A stretch of DNA of 57,706 bases, taken from the IMG/VR virus record IMGVR_UViG_3300048014_000022. One strand, written 5' to 3'. The notes beneath the pieces were generated by a model, which worked only from the letters and a program-made list of their open reading frames with translations, did no database searches and was not told the DNA's origin. The position numbers were made by a program, and so were the translations under genes. Position 1 is the first letter of the stretch; the number at the start of each line of letters is the position of its first letter. Origin of the DNA: a virus. This document shows positions 27,702 to 36,030 of the stretch, in pieces.

Positions 27702-28940
27702 TTACTGAGCGCCCCCAGTGAAGGCGCTGAGCCCTGCCAGGATGCTGTTCACGTCATCGTCCAACTGGCCCTGCGGAGGCGCGTTGGAAGTCTCTGCTGC
27801 GGCCACCGGCGCCGGGGCTACATCGACCGGCGCGACCGGCTTGCGCCGCGTCTTGGGCGCCGCAGGAGCTTCTGCGGCCGGTGCGGGCGCGGCGGAGGCG
27901 AACGGGTTGGCAGCCGGAGGGGGCGGCGGGGCGAACGCAGCGGCCGGCGGCGGGGGAGGAGCGCCACCACCATTGAACGGCTGGACCACCGCGCCGTGCA
28001 TACCGACCGGGGGCGGCGGTACGAAGGCTGGTGCGAAGGTCGTGGGCGGAGGGGTGAACGCAGCGGCCGGCGGCTCGGCTTGAGCAACCGGACCCTGCGG
28101 ACCGGGCGGCGAAGCTGCCGCCTGGGCACCCACTCCCACGACCGGCTCCTGCTCGAACGCCGCCGTCGGCGCCGTCGCCGGGACATCGGCCACGAGATCG
28201 TTGTCGGCCAGGATCGCGGCGACCGCGTCGCTGTTGTAAAGCTCCAGAACGATTTCGGCTTCCGCATCGGTCAGCGGCCGGATCGCGTTGAACTGGGGCT
28301 TCGGGTGGGACACCGTCATGTCGAACGAGAACCGCACGGCGACGGCGTTGTACGGGAACCCGCGTGCCTTCATACCATCGGCCAGCTTGGACAGATCACC
28401 CAGCGCCGAAGGCGGAACGCGGAACAGCATCGGGCCACCCAGGCTCTCGTTGCGCAAGTCCGCGAGTGGGGCTACGGCCAGCTTCTTGGTATCACGGCAC
28501 GCCTTCTGCTTGGCACCGTTGTCACCGATCATCGAGCCCCACTGGTTCATCGGGCACAGCGCGCAGTTGCTATGCACCGGAGTCTTGACTGCTGCGCTCG
28601 GCGTCTTGCCGTCGAGGCTGTAGCAGTCCGGCGGCGAGTTGCTGCCCTCGACGTACTTGCCCTTGTAATACTGCTTGTTCAGGAACGGGTTGGCTTTCAG
28701 GATCACGAGTTCCAGTGTCGCCACCGGCTCGGGCCGGCCCGTCTGCTGGTTGATTGCCTGGATAACGGTGTCGGTCTTCTTGTACTTCAAGTGCCACCGA
28801 CCGCCCTTGATGGATAGAATCGGGTAGCTGCTGCGGATGCCTTCGCCGAGTTCGTTGCCCATGTTGGCTTCGACGAGCGCGCGGGCTGGGCCGGCGTTGG
28901 TCTCGAACTGGAACAAAGTTACTTGCTGATTGTTGGACAT
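27702..28940 (-). CDS. Putative ssDNA-binding/annealing protein with a Pro/Ala-rich linker
   Basis: It is 412 aa. The Cys/His cluster 'PDCYS...HSNCALCPMNQWG...KACRD' is reminiscent of Zn-binding SSBs. A 150-aa P/A-rich tract precedes a 'DDDVNSILAGLSAF' tail. It lies between the primase and the recombination/helicase genes. Confidence 0.35.
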   Translation of the reverse strand: MSNNQQVTLFQFETNAGPARALVEANMGNELGEGIRSSYPILSIKGGRWHLKYKKTDTVIQAINQQTGRPEPVATLELVILKANPFLNKQYYKGKYVEGSNSPPDCYSLDGKTPSAAVKTPVHSNCALCPMNQWGSMIGDNGAKQKACRDTKKLAVAPLADLRNESLGGPMLFRVPPSALGDLSKLADGMKARGFPYNAVAVRFSFDMTVSHPKPQFNAIRPLTDAEAEIVLELYNSDAVAAILADNDLVADVPATAPTAAFEQEPVVGVGAQAAASPPGPQGPVAQAEPPAAAFTPPPTTFAPAFVPPPPVGMHGAVVQPFNGGGAPPPPPAAAFAPPPPPAANPFASAAPAPAAEAPAAPKTRRKPVAPVDVAPAPVAAAETSNAPPQGQLDDDVNSILAGLSAFTGGAQ

Positions 28941-28958
28941 GTCATTGCCTCTGGTGAA

Positions 28959-29339
28959 TTAACTTTTACGGATGTGCGCGCATGTTTCCGTCGTGACTGA
29001 GAGTCCCGGCGGTACTTCGTTGTGCGCTTCGATGAAGTCTTGGACGACGGATTTGGAGACTCTCTTTTCGAGGACCGACCAGGCTTCGTTTGATTTGATC
29101 CATTCGAGAGTAGCGTCCCAGTCTTTTACACTGACCGTCGTGTCAGTTTGTAGGAACGCTATTCCGCTTGATCCCTTGAAGTTTGTCAAGCCTTGCTCTT
29201 GTAATTTTTGCTGAACCCAGACCAAACACTTTTGCATCTGATCGTTCAACGGCGCGAGTTCTTCCTTGTGGCGCTTTGCAGTTTCTTCTTTCTTAGCACG
29301 AAGCTGGAGGTAGGCCGCCAGCACTTGGTCGACTGTCAC
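28959..29339 (-). CDS. Hypothetical coiled-coil protein (replication/recombination module)
   Basis: It is 126 aa from GTG 29339, which is preceded by AAGGAG at 6 nt. The ORF-track ATG at 29420 has no RBS. Confidence 0.5.
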   Translation of the reverse strand: MTVDQVLAAYLQLRAKKEETAKRHKEELAPLNDQMQKCLVWVQQKLQEQGLTNFKGSSGIAFLQTDTTVSVKDWDATLEWIKSNEAWSVLEKRVSKSVVQDFIEAHNEVPPGLSVTTETCAHIRKS

Positions 29340-29497
29340 ATGATTCTCCTTGGGTTGATGTAAAGAATGTGGGATCACAGATATGAGGAGGAGCGCCGAA
29401 GCGCGACAACCTGCTCCCACTGCCGGGGTTTAAGCTACACCCACTCGCCGGCTGACGGTGTCCGGGGTATCCCATGTGGGGCCGCCCGACTCGGCTG

Positions 29498-31048
29498 TCA
29501 TTCTTCAAAAAGTTCAAGCAGCGCCCCCTGCAACGCGGCTTTTCTACGTAACCTAGAATATACAGCACTCTCAGCCTTGGTGCTGGTCAGGTGAACTATG
29601 TGAGTGTTCTGTGTCTGGCCGCTGCGCGTGATGCGCGCGTTGGCCTGCTCGTAAATCTCCAGGCTCATGGTCGGCGTCGCCCAGATAATGGTGGAAGCAG
29701 CAGTGAGCGTAAGCCCGTGTGCCATGGTCTGCGGATGCGCCACGATCACACGGGGTGACGTTCCTTTCTGGAACCCAGAAAAGATCAGATCGCGTTGTGC
29801 CTTTGGGACTTCACCGTGGATCATGCCCACTTGATACCGCTTGCCCAACACCCCTGCCAGCATCTCAACCATATATCTGAACGTGGCGAAGACAATCACT
29901 TTGCCAGTGGCGCCCTCGATCAACTCGAAGATCGTCTTGAACCGGTCCACGCCACCGATGTAGTGGCCTAGCCCTGAGTCGTCGTACCCGAAGCCCGCCG
30001 AGATCTGGAGGAGCTTCGATAGCTTGACCCCTTCGTTTGCTGCCGTAATCTGATTAGACCGTATTTCGGTGGCGAGTTCGTCGAGCATCTGCTTGTACGC
30101 TTTTTGGGCGGCTGGATCGAGTTGGACTTGGAGTGTCGTATACGTAGTAGGCGGGAGGTCAAAGCACTGCTCGCGAGTGAATCGCACGGCGGGCTGGAGC
30201 GCCTTGTGGACGACTTCGATTGCTTCCGGCCGCTCGACCCACTTGAACGTTCCGATCTGCCGCATGGTCTGGTCTTTGAATGCTTTGAAGCTATATCCAA
30301 CAGTGTGCGGAGTAAGTAGTCGAGCCTGTCCAAACGCATCCGTCGGAGCGTTGGGGGTAGGGCTTCCAGTGAGTCCCCAGCTATATCCCGAACGCTGGAC
30401 CAGAGGAGCGAGAGCCTTAAACCGTTTGGACCGGGAATTTCTGTAGCTAGCAACTTCGTCAATGATGATCGTATCAATGTCTGGACGTGCCCATAGTTCT
30501 GGGTGTATGACTTCAACGCCATCATGGTTGATGATAAAGACATCAGCATCGCCCGCGAGGAGTTTGAGCCTGCGTTTCTTGTCGCCATATAGCACCGCCG
30601 TTTTCAGGTGTGGGAAGACCTCGAAGATCTCGTTGTCCCACACGGTTGTTATTGTAGAAAGTGGCGCGACGACGAGCAGCTTGCGGGCCAAGCCTACCGA
30701 CCGGAGATAGTCATAGGCCCACAACGCTGCTCGCGTCTTGCCGACGCCCATCTCTGAGAGTATGTACGCACGTCTGTGTATCGTGCAGAGATCCACCGTT
30801 ACTTCTTGAGACTGAAATGGTGGTCTGCCCGACCGCATATGTGGGTAGTACGACAGCGCCGGACTCTGCACCATCAGCCCGAGGTTGCGCAGCAGCCGCA
30901 CCGTGTCCACGTCATGGGGCACAGCTAGCCACCAGGCACCGTCAACCTCGAACCTTTGAGCAGCGGGTGGTCGCACGATGGCTTCCACGTCCGCCCGATA
31001 CGGCAGAACAATCTGTCGACTATCAGGATAGACAGCTAAACTGGTCAT
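29498..31048 (-). CDS. SNF2-family DEAD/H helicase
   Basis: Motif I is 'SEMGVGKT', motif II is 'IIIDEVAS', motif III is 'LTGSPTPN' and motif VI is 'QANARITRSGQTQ'. Confidence 0.85.
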   Translation of the reverse strand: MTSLAVYPDSRQIVLPYRADVEAIVRPPAAQRFEVDGAWWLAVPHDVDTVRLLRNLGLMVQSPALSYYPHMRSGRPPFQSQEVTVDLCTIHRRAYILSEMGVGKTRAALWAYDYLRSVGLARKLLVVAPLSTITTVWDNEIFEVFPHLKTAVLYGDKKRRLKLLAGDADVFIINHDGVEVIHPELWARPDIDTIIIDEVASYRNSRSKRFKALAPLVQRSGYSWGLTGSPTPNAPTDAFGQARLLTPHTVGYSFKAFKDQTMRQIGTFKWVERPEAIEVVHKALQPAVRFTREQCFDLPPTTYTTLQVQLDPAAQKAYKQMLDELATEIRSNQITAANEGVKLSKLLQISAGFGYDDSGLGHYIGGVDRFKTIFELIEGATGKVIVFATFRYMVEMLAGVLGKRYQVGMIHGEVPKAQRDLIFSGFQKGTSPRVIVAHPQTMAHGLTLTAASTIIWATPTMSLEIYEQANARITRSGQTQNTHIVHLTSTKAESAVYSRLRRKAALQGALLELFEE

Positions 31049-31242
31049 TGATCTTTCGCCAGGTTCTTCCCATGAAGTACGGCGTCGTTTATTTTTTCCA
31101 TGGCGCGCTTGAGCATGTCCATGATCTCGGCGGGCTTGATCTCGCCGTCCCGAACGCAGGCCGAGAGCAGCGCAAGGTCGCTGCGGATCTCGATCAACGG
31201 ACGCGGGTTCTTGTCCGACTTGGTATAAAGGATCAAGTTCAT
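31045..31242 (-). CDS. Hypothetical small protein
   Basis: It is 65 aa from ATG 31242, with ATGA overlaps at both ends. Confidence 0.5.
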   Translation of the reverse strand: MNLILYTKSDKNPRPLIEIRSDLALLSACVRDGEIKPAEIMDMLKRAMEKINDAVLHGKNLAKDQ

Positions 31243-31790
31243 GGCCGTGACCCTACGTAACCTCCTGCCAGTAACTGACGCATCTTGATCACGGCCCGGG
31301 CTTGGGTCACGGCGTCTTCCACGGGGTTGTGCGCTACGTAGTTGTACTGCGCCCATTCGGCACGGTCATACCCGGCGCGGATCGCTTCGGCTTCCAGGGT
31401 CCGGTAGCTGCGCGGTGCACGGTAGTGATACGGGAACGCGCCGACGCCTTGCTGTCGTGCCCACCACTCTGTCAAGATCACATGATCGAAGTGCGGATCT
31501 TTAGACCAGACTTCTTGAACATCATACTTGGCAAGCAGCGTCTTGAGTTCAAACGCCGCAGTCGCAGCCACGTACTTACCGGTGAAGCTGTACTCCCGCG
31601 CGGGCTCGGACTGCTTGGCCCACCAGAATACGGTTGCTGGATCAATGTGACCCGTTACAGACTTGGGCTCCAGCGCCCATCCAATACTGTCCAAGATCCG
31701 GTCGTTGTCAAAGATCGCAACGCCGATGGATATCACCGCTGCGTCGTATCGTACTGAAAGAGTCTCAAGGTCAATCATCGCGTGAGTCAT
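31239..31790 (-). CDS. DEDDh-type 3'-5' exonuclease
   Basis: It has 'MIDLETLS' (ExoI), 'DPHFDHVIL' and 'HNPVEDA' (ExoIII with His). Confidence 0.72.
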   Translation of the reverse strand: MTHAMIDLETLSVRYDAAVISIGVAIFDNDRILDSIGWALEPKSVTGHIDPATVFWWAKQSEPAREYSFTGKYVAATAAFELKTLLAKYDVQEVWSKDPHFDHVILTEWWARQQGVGAFPYHYRAPRSYRTLEAEAIRAGYDRAEWAQYNYVAHNPVEDAVTQARAVIKMRQLLAGGYVGSRP

Positions 31791-32148
31791 TGGAGTCCTT
31801 TGAAGTAAGCCATACTGTTGCAGACTGTGAAATAAATCCAGGTACTGGCTTCAACAGCCATCCCACCAACTGAGCCATATCATTACCTTCGGAACTGTCT
31901 ATCAAAAACACGGCGCCCCCAGCGTCAATCACATCGCGCATAGTTCGCGTTTGCCTGGCAGTAGGATGTTTGCCGGGCGCCTTAGTCTCTATGCCGGCGT
32001 ATACGCCATGGTGGCACACGTGATAGTCCAGGGCTGGAGCGCCCATTCCGTTTTGCACAGCGCAGTGCCTATAGGCACCCGCGCTCACAAGAGATTTGTT
32101 CACTGCCGCTTTAACGCGGCCTTCTGGCGTAGCCACTGTCGCGGGCAC
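31771..32148 (-). CDS. VRR-NUC domain nuclease
   Basis: It has 'ALDYHVCHHGVYAGIETKAPGKHPTARQ...DAGGAVFLI', giving the D...ExK...Q arrangement of VRR-NUC. Confidence 0.68.
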   Translation of the reverse strand: MPATVATPEGRVKAAVNKSLVSAGAYRHCAVQNGMGAPALDYHVCHHGVYAGIETKAPGKHPTARQTRTMRDVIDAGGAVFLIDSSEGNDMAQLVGWLLKPVPGFISQSATVWLTSKDSNDSRDD

Positions 32149-32151
32149 TCT

Positions 32152-32658
32152 TTACATGTTCCGTTTGAGTATCTTCGGGCGCCCACGTGATTTCTTATGC
32201 AAGTTGGCATCGGGTTTCTCCTCGGCGTCCAAGATCGTGTGCTGATGCGGGTTGTGGTCCTTGAAGATCTTTTGCAAGTGTTGTGTGATCGCGGCCATCT
32301 GCCCGTCGATGAAGCCTTTCAACTCGGGCTGCGCGGGCGGACGGTCGTCGGTCAGCTTCCCCGAATGGTAGGCATCAAGAATAATGCCCACACAAGCAAG
32401 GACGCTAGCCAGGTGAGGAACACCGGTATCAGCGTCCGCCCATTCGCCGTTCTGATAAGCAGCCACATGACGTGAAATAGCGTCGAGATAGATGGAAACA
32501 CGCACACCAGCGACACGCCAATTATATTTGCCATATTTTAATGCTCCTTCGGTAAACGCCAGGGCGGCGTAAGCTTGAACGACAGATGGAACCAAGTGCA
32601 TGGCGAGCTTCTTAGAACCGACGGCGTCCTTGGGGTTGGTGGGTTTCAGGTCAATCAT
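32152..32658 (-). CDS. MazG-like nucleotide pyrophosphohydrolase (DUF5664-type)
   Basis: 'LAFTEGALKYGKYNWRVAG...YLDAISRHVAAYQNGEWADADTGVPHLASVLACVGIIL' matches the DUF5664 (dATP/dGTP diphosphohydrolase N-terminal) pattern, from memory. Confidence 0.55.
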   Translation of the reverse strand: MIDLKPTNPKDAVGSKKLAMHLVPSVVQAYAALAFTEGALKYGKYNWRVAGVRVSIYLDAISRHVAAYQNGEWADADTGVPHLASVLACVGIILDAYHSGKLTDDRPPAQPELKGFIDGQMAAITQHLQKIFKDHNPHQHTILDAEEKPDANLHKKSRGRPKILKRNM

Positions 32659-32885
32659 GCAAGCTCCTTGTTGCCAAACTTCAAAGAATTAAACCAGCGC
32701 CGCAGGATGTAGCTGCGAGCCAGGGAGATCCCTGTGTACATCAAGCCCATGAGGAAGTTGTTGCCGGGGCTGATGTGCATACCGAACAGAGGAAAGATCA
32801 GCAGGTTCGCAAAGTAGTTGATCGTGAACCCAATAGCGATGTTGGCCCATGCCTCGGCGATGGACCCCTTACGCGTCTGACTCAT
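32655..32885 (-). CDS. Small integral membrane protein
   Basis: It is 76 aa from ATG 32885 (ATGA overlap) with two hydrophobic helices. Confidence 0.55.
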   Translation of the reverse strand: MSQTRKGSIAEAWANIAIGFTINYFANLLIFPLFGMHISPGNNFLMGLMYTGISLARSYILRRWFNSLKFGNKELA

Positions 32886-34441
32886 TGAAGCCTCCATTTT
32901 CCATTGACGATGATGATCAACTGGCGCTTGCCATCCGCGTGAAGTACGCAGTGCGCGTTGAGCCAGGAACTCGGGCCGCTATTGTACTCAAGCCTGAGCC
33001 TGGTAGAAGTACCAACTTGGTAGCAACCTTCTTCAATAGCTGGTGAATGACTGTGCCCGATGATGGATCGTACTCCGATCCGACGTAGGTTCTTGGCGGA
33101 TCCCCTTGAACCGTTTGGACCACGGTCGCCGTGCATCCCGAGTTCCACGCCTCCTAACACGAACGATTCGTTGCCTCCAAGACACCTGAACCGAGGGTCC
33201 GGTTGCCGCAGCTTGAACCAGTGCGGGAACGGGCTCGGGTACTCAGTGCCGCCTGGCCCCATCTTGGTATCGCGGATCATGGCCCAGGCTGTGGCAAGAT
33301 AGAACTCCGCGTTAGTCGGGTCGCTGCGCCAGTCGGTAGAGATCACCCAGCGTCGCAAGAAGTCATCGTGGTTCGAACTCACGATGATAGACATCACGTC
33401 GGGCGGAGTCTTCTTGGTGACGTGATCTACCGCTCGAAAAACTTCTTCTTTAACCCGGTCCGCACCAGCTTGGCGCTTAGCGAAAGAGTTGAAAGGGTTG
33501 CCCGCGTGGTGAGGATTAGCGGAATATCCGTCCAAGAGGTCGTGCCAGACGAGATGATGCGGTTCAAGCTGGCCGATAATTTCGTCTGTCGCAGACTCAA
33601 CTTTGCTGTCGATAAAGTCCACGTGTGTATCGCCCATAACAAGAGCGAGCGGGCGCGGGGCACGCGTCGCCTTTCCAGGTAGATAGCGAGTCTCAAGATC
33701 AGTGAAGCTGCCAGAAGCTTTATCATAGTTGACTTGCCTTATATGAAAAATCGGTCCGTCGATCTCGACTATCAAAGCTGCCAGGGCGTGATGGAACTCG
33801 CCTTTCTTGCCGGCGTTGCTGTCTGTGTAGTTGGGCAGCGTGCAGGCCCCCGTGGTCGTGATGATCTTTGCCATCTTGTTAGACGGCGTCGCAATAGACC
33901 GCATCGCTAACTTGGTGTGTGCGATGATGGCAGACTCTTGACCTGAGATAGATTCGAACCCTGACAGCGGGTCGCTCGCTGTCGGCTGAGTTTTGATATC
34001 GCCCAACAGCAACAAGTTCTTGTTCATCAGGCGCCGCGCGTTGTACAAGAACGGCTCGACTTCTTTGGCCCAGAGTTCCAGGTTCATTTGGGATCCGGTC
34101 CAGCGCGAAGTAGGGTTTTTGTACCTGATCGGCACGACCAGCAACTCGGCGTCGAGGGCTTGGCGGGCTGTCTGCAAACACTCCCAGAACTCTTTGTGCA
34201 CCGGCGTCGCGTTCTGCGCAGCCGTGATGATGAACGTCTTGGCGCCGGGTCTGATCGGCCGCTTGAACACTACGGGGCGCTTCGCAACGTCCCCCTTTTT
34301 ATTGGTCATAGGGCCGTCCGGATTCGTAGTTGAGGAACAAAAAACTTCAAGCGGTCGACACTCCCAGCGGATCCTGCCACTGGGCGCTTTGCCGTGCTTC
34401 TGCAGCGGCCGTCCGCATTTTTTGCAGTTAGGTCTTGTCAC
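32882..34441 (-). CDS. Calcineurin-like metallophosphoesterase with an N-terminal zinc ribbon and a ~260-aa unknown domain
   Basis: The N-terminus is 'CKKCGRPL...RWEC'. The phosphoesterase motifs are 'VMGDTHVD', 'HDLLDGY', 'SSNHDDF', 'GMHGDRG' and 'IIGHSHSP'. Confidence 0.72.
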   Translation of the reverse strand: MTRPNCKKCGRPLQKHGKAPSGRIRWECRPLEVFCSSTTNPDGPMTNKKGDVAKRPVVFKRPIRPGAKTFIITAAQNATPVHKEFWECLQTARQALDAELLVVPIRYKNPTSRWTGSQMNLELWAKEVEPFLYNARRLMNKNLLLLGDIKTQPTASDPLSGFESISGQESAIIAHTKLAMRSIATPSNKMAKIITTTGACTLPNYTDSNAGKKGEFHHALAALIVEIDGPIFHIRQVNYDKASGSFTDLETRYLPGKATRAPRPLALVMGDTHVDFIDSKVESATDEIIGQLEPHHLVWHDLLDGYSANPHHAGNPFNSFAKRQAGADRVKEEVFRAVDHVTKKTPPDVMSIIVSSNHDDFLRRWVISTDWRSDPTNAEFYLATAWAMIRDTKMGPGGTEYPSPFPHWFKLRQPDPRFRCLGGNESFVLGGVELGMHGDRGPNGSRGSAKNLRRIGVRSIIGHSHSPAIEEGCYQVGTSTRLRLEYNSGPSSWLNAHCVLHADGKRQLIIIVNGKWRLQ

Positions 34442-34676
34442 GTGTCACTTTGATGCCGGCCGCTTTGCGGGCTGCGGCTGTGGCTTTCTTGTCGACAATG
34501 GCACGCCAGAAGATCCGCCCGTTCTCGAACATATACTCCGTGTGGTGGACCAGTCCGCAGTCGCAGCACTCGGTTATTTCTGGAGAGCCGAGCAGGTACC
34601 ACACGTTCTCGTGCATCTGGATGAACCCTTTGACCGGGCCAGCCTGCATGGGCTCGGGTGTTTTCTTGCGGCTCAC
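34428..34676 (-). CDS. Hypothetical small protein with a 'CCDC...HH' motif
   Basis: It is 82 aa. GTG 34676 overlaps the upstream stop (GTGA). Confidence 0.5.
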   Translation of the reverse strand: MSRKKTPEPMQAGPVKGFIQMHENVWYLLGSPEITECCDCGLVHHTEYMFENGRIFWRAIVDKKATAAARKAAGIKVTRDKT

Positions 34677-35338
34677 TTCTTAGGCTCCCAATACTGGCAA
34701 GTGCGCACTTCGCACCAGCCCCTACACAGAAACCCGGGGCGCGGCGGGAAGTTTTCCTGGTCGTGCGCCGCCTGGTACGCCGAGACTCGTGGCAACATGC
34801 GAGACCAGAACTCTGGGACTTGCTGTGCCATCATGGTCTCCTTGGTGATCTGCTTGGACTTGACCCACAGGAACGCGTGGGTGATCTGCTCAAGCTCCGG
34901 TGCCAGGTGGAACGTGACCGCGCTGTTCAACTGCAACTGCGTGAAGTCGTCTTTGACTTTGCCGGTCTTGTAATCGAACTGCACCGCGCTCTTGCCGTTG
35001 ATAATCGTCAGGTCGGACTTGACTCTGAGCCAGGCGTCTTTGGCGAACCACTCGACGGGCTGCCACTGTGCGTTCAGTGCGATCTGCTGCTCGATGATCT
35101 TCTCACCCGGCGCGTTCTTGAGGGACTTGAGAGTCGGTTCCCAGTGCCGCATATGCAGCGGCAGCGGATCCCCGGACTTGACGTATAGCTCAGCGGCCTT
35201 GTGCCACGCCTTGCCGTATGCCATCTCCTCGGACTCTTTGAACGGGATGGTCTTGGCAACACTCTCGTTCCAATACTTGCGCGGGCATTGTTCATAGCTC
35301 GTGATGCGCGAATAGCTCCACGCTACTTGTTTGCTCAA
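34673..35338 (-). CDS. PD-(D/E)XK Cas4/RecB-like exonuclease
   Basis: It has 'SYSRITSYEQCPRKYW', 'FDYKTGK' and the C-terminal Cys cluster 'CRGWCEVRTC'. The likely start is TTG 35338 after CAGGAG (TTGA overlap). The ORF-track start at 35401 is less likely. Confidence 0.75.
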   Translation of the reverse strand: MSKQVAWSYSRITSYEQCPRKYWNESVAKTIPFKESEEMAYGKAWHKAAELYVKSGDPLPLHMRHWEPTLKSLKNAPGEKIIEQQIALNAQWQPVEWFAKDAWLRVKSDLTIINGKSAVQFDYKTGKVKDDFTQLQLNSAVTFHLAPELEQITHAFLWVKSKQITKETMMAQQVPEFWSRMLPRVSAYQAAHDQENFPPRPGFLCRGWCEVRTCQYWEPKK

Positions 35339-35601
35339 TGGACTCTCCTGTGGCGATACACGCACACGTACTCTGTCCGGTACTCGATCACGGGACTGCA
35401 CCAGCAGTCTTCATGCGGCTCGTGGGGCGCCGCCTCCGGTATGTTCACATGCAGGCACGGTAGCCCGCTGGGCCAGTCGGAGGGTTCCGCCTCGCCCATG
35501 GCTCCGATGAACCGGGCTCGGCGCAGGCAGCGTTCCAAGGTGTTTTCGTTGCTGCTCTCGAACTCGGTCAAGTACGGCTTCTCGGTCGATGTCGATGACA
35601 T
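35335..35601 (-). CDS. Hypothetical protein (His/Cys-containing)
   Basis: It is 88 aa. Third-position GC is strongly elevated in this frame from ATG 35601 onward. There is no obvious SD. Confidence 0.55.
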   Translation of the reverse strand: MSSTSTEKPYLTEFESSNENTLERCLRRARFIGAMGEAEPSDWPSGLPCLHVNIPEAAPHEPHEDCWCSPVIEYRTEYVCVYRHRRVH

Positions 35602-35776
35602 GGCACACCCAGTTGAATGATCCGACGGTTGTGGCAGTACTCTTGAACCAGAGCGTTGCCCTGCGTGATAGCGTTTCGGCGTCCTCGGCGTTGGACACCA
35701 AGTCTGATATGCCTTGCTGCAACACTGCTGCCCACAGTGTCCTGTACTGATCTAGTTCGGGGAGGTCGAAGTTCAA
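35411..35776 (-). CDS. Hypothetical protein. Only the N-terminal ~60-70 codons look coding.
   Basis: It has a TTG start (TTGA overlap). 'LWAAVLQQGISDLV...SFNWVCHVIDID' looks protein-like. After about nt 35595 codon bias is lost and the frame overlaps the next gene by 191 nt. Confidence 0.45.
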   Translation of the reverse strand: MNFDLPELDQYRTLWAAVLQQGISDLVSNAEDAETLSRRATLWFKSTATTVGSFNWVCHVIDIDREAVLDRVREQQRKHLGTLPAPSPVHRSHGRGGTLRLAQRATVPACEHTGGGAPRAA

Positions 35777-36030
35777 TTGTTTGCGGCCTCTTGCCCGGGT
35801 TCAAGCGTTGGACAATAGACCTGCTTGTTGGCCTTCGCGTTGAGCAATACCGCCATGTCGGCCATGGTGAATATGCACACACTCTTGAGGAGAGTGCATT
35901 CGTTGGCAGCAGCTATGGTTTCAAGAGAGATCGCGCACCGCTTCAGGTCGGACACAGGCTGAGCGGGCGGAGTGGCGCCGCAGCCGGCGAGAATGAGAAG
36001 GCTACTTAGCATCGCCGTAGCTCGCACCAT
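35773..36030 (-). CDS. Lipoprotein
   Basis: The signal peptide and lipobox are 'MVRATAMLSSLLILAGC'. The mature part is about 68 aa and has 4 further Cys. Confidence 0.6.
   Translation of the reverse strand: MVRATAMLSSLLILAGCGATPPAQPVSDLKRCAISLETIAAANECTLLKSVCIFTMADMAVLLNAKANKQVYCPTLEPGQEAANN

Noticed and set aside
32152-32658. A 2-aminoadenine (Z-genome) pathway, suggested by the MazZ-like DUF5664 protein and a family A polymerase.
   Set aside because: No PurZ (adenylosuccinate synthetase-like) or DatZ (HD) gene is present, so the MazG-like protein alone is insufficient.
33950-33966. A tRNA-like T-loop sequence (GGGTTCGAATCT on the minus strand).
   Set aside because: The flanking bases do not form a T-stem, acceptor stem or anticodon arm, and it lies inside the metallophosphoesterase CDS. 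No tRNA was found elsewhere.
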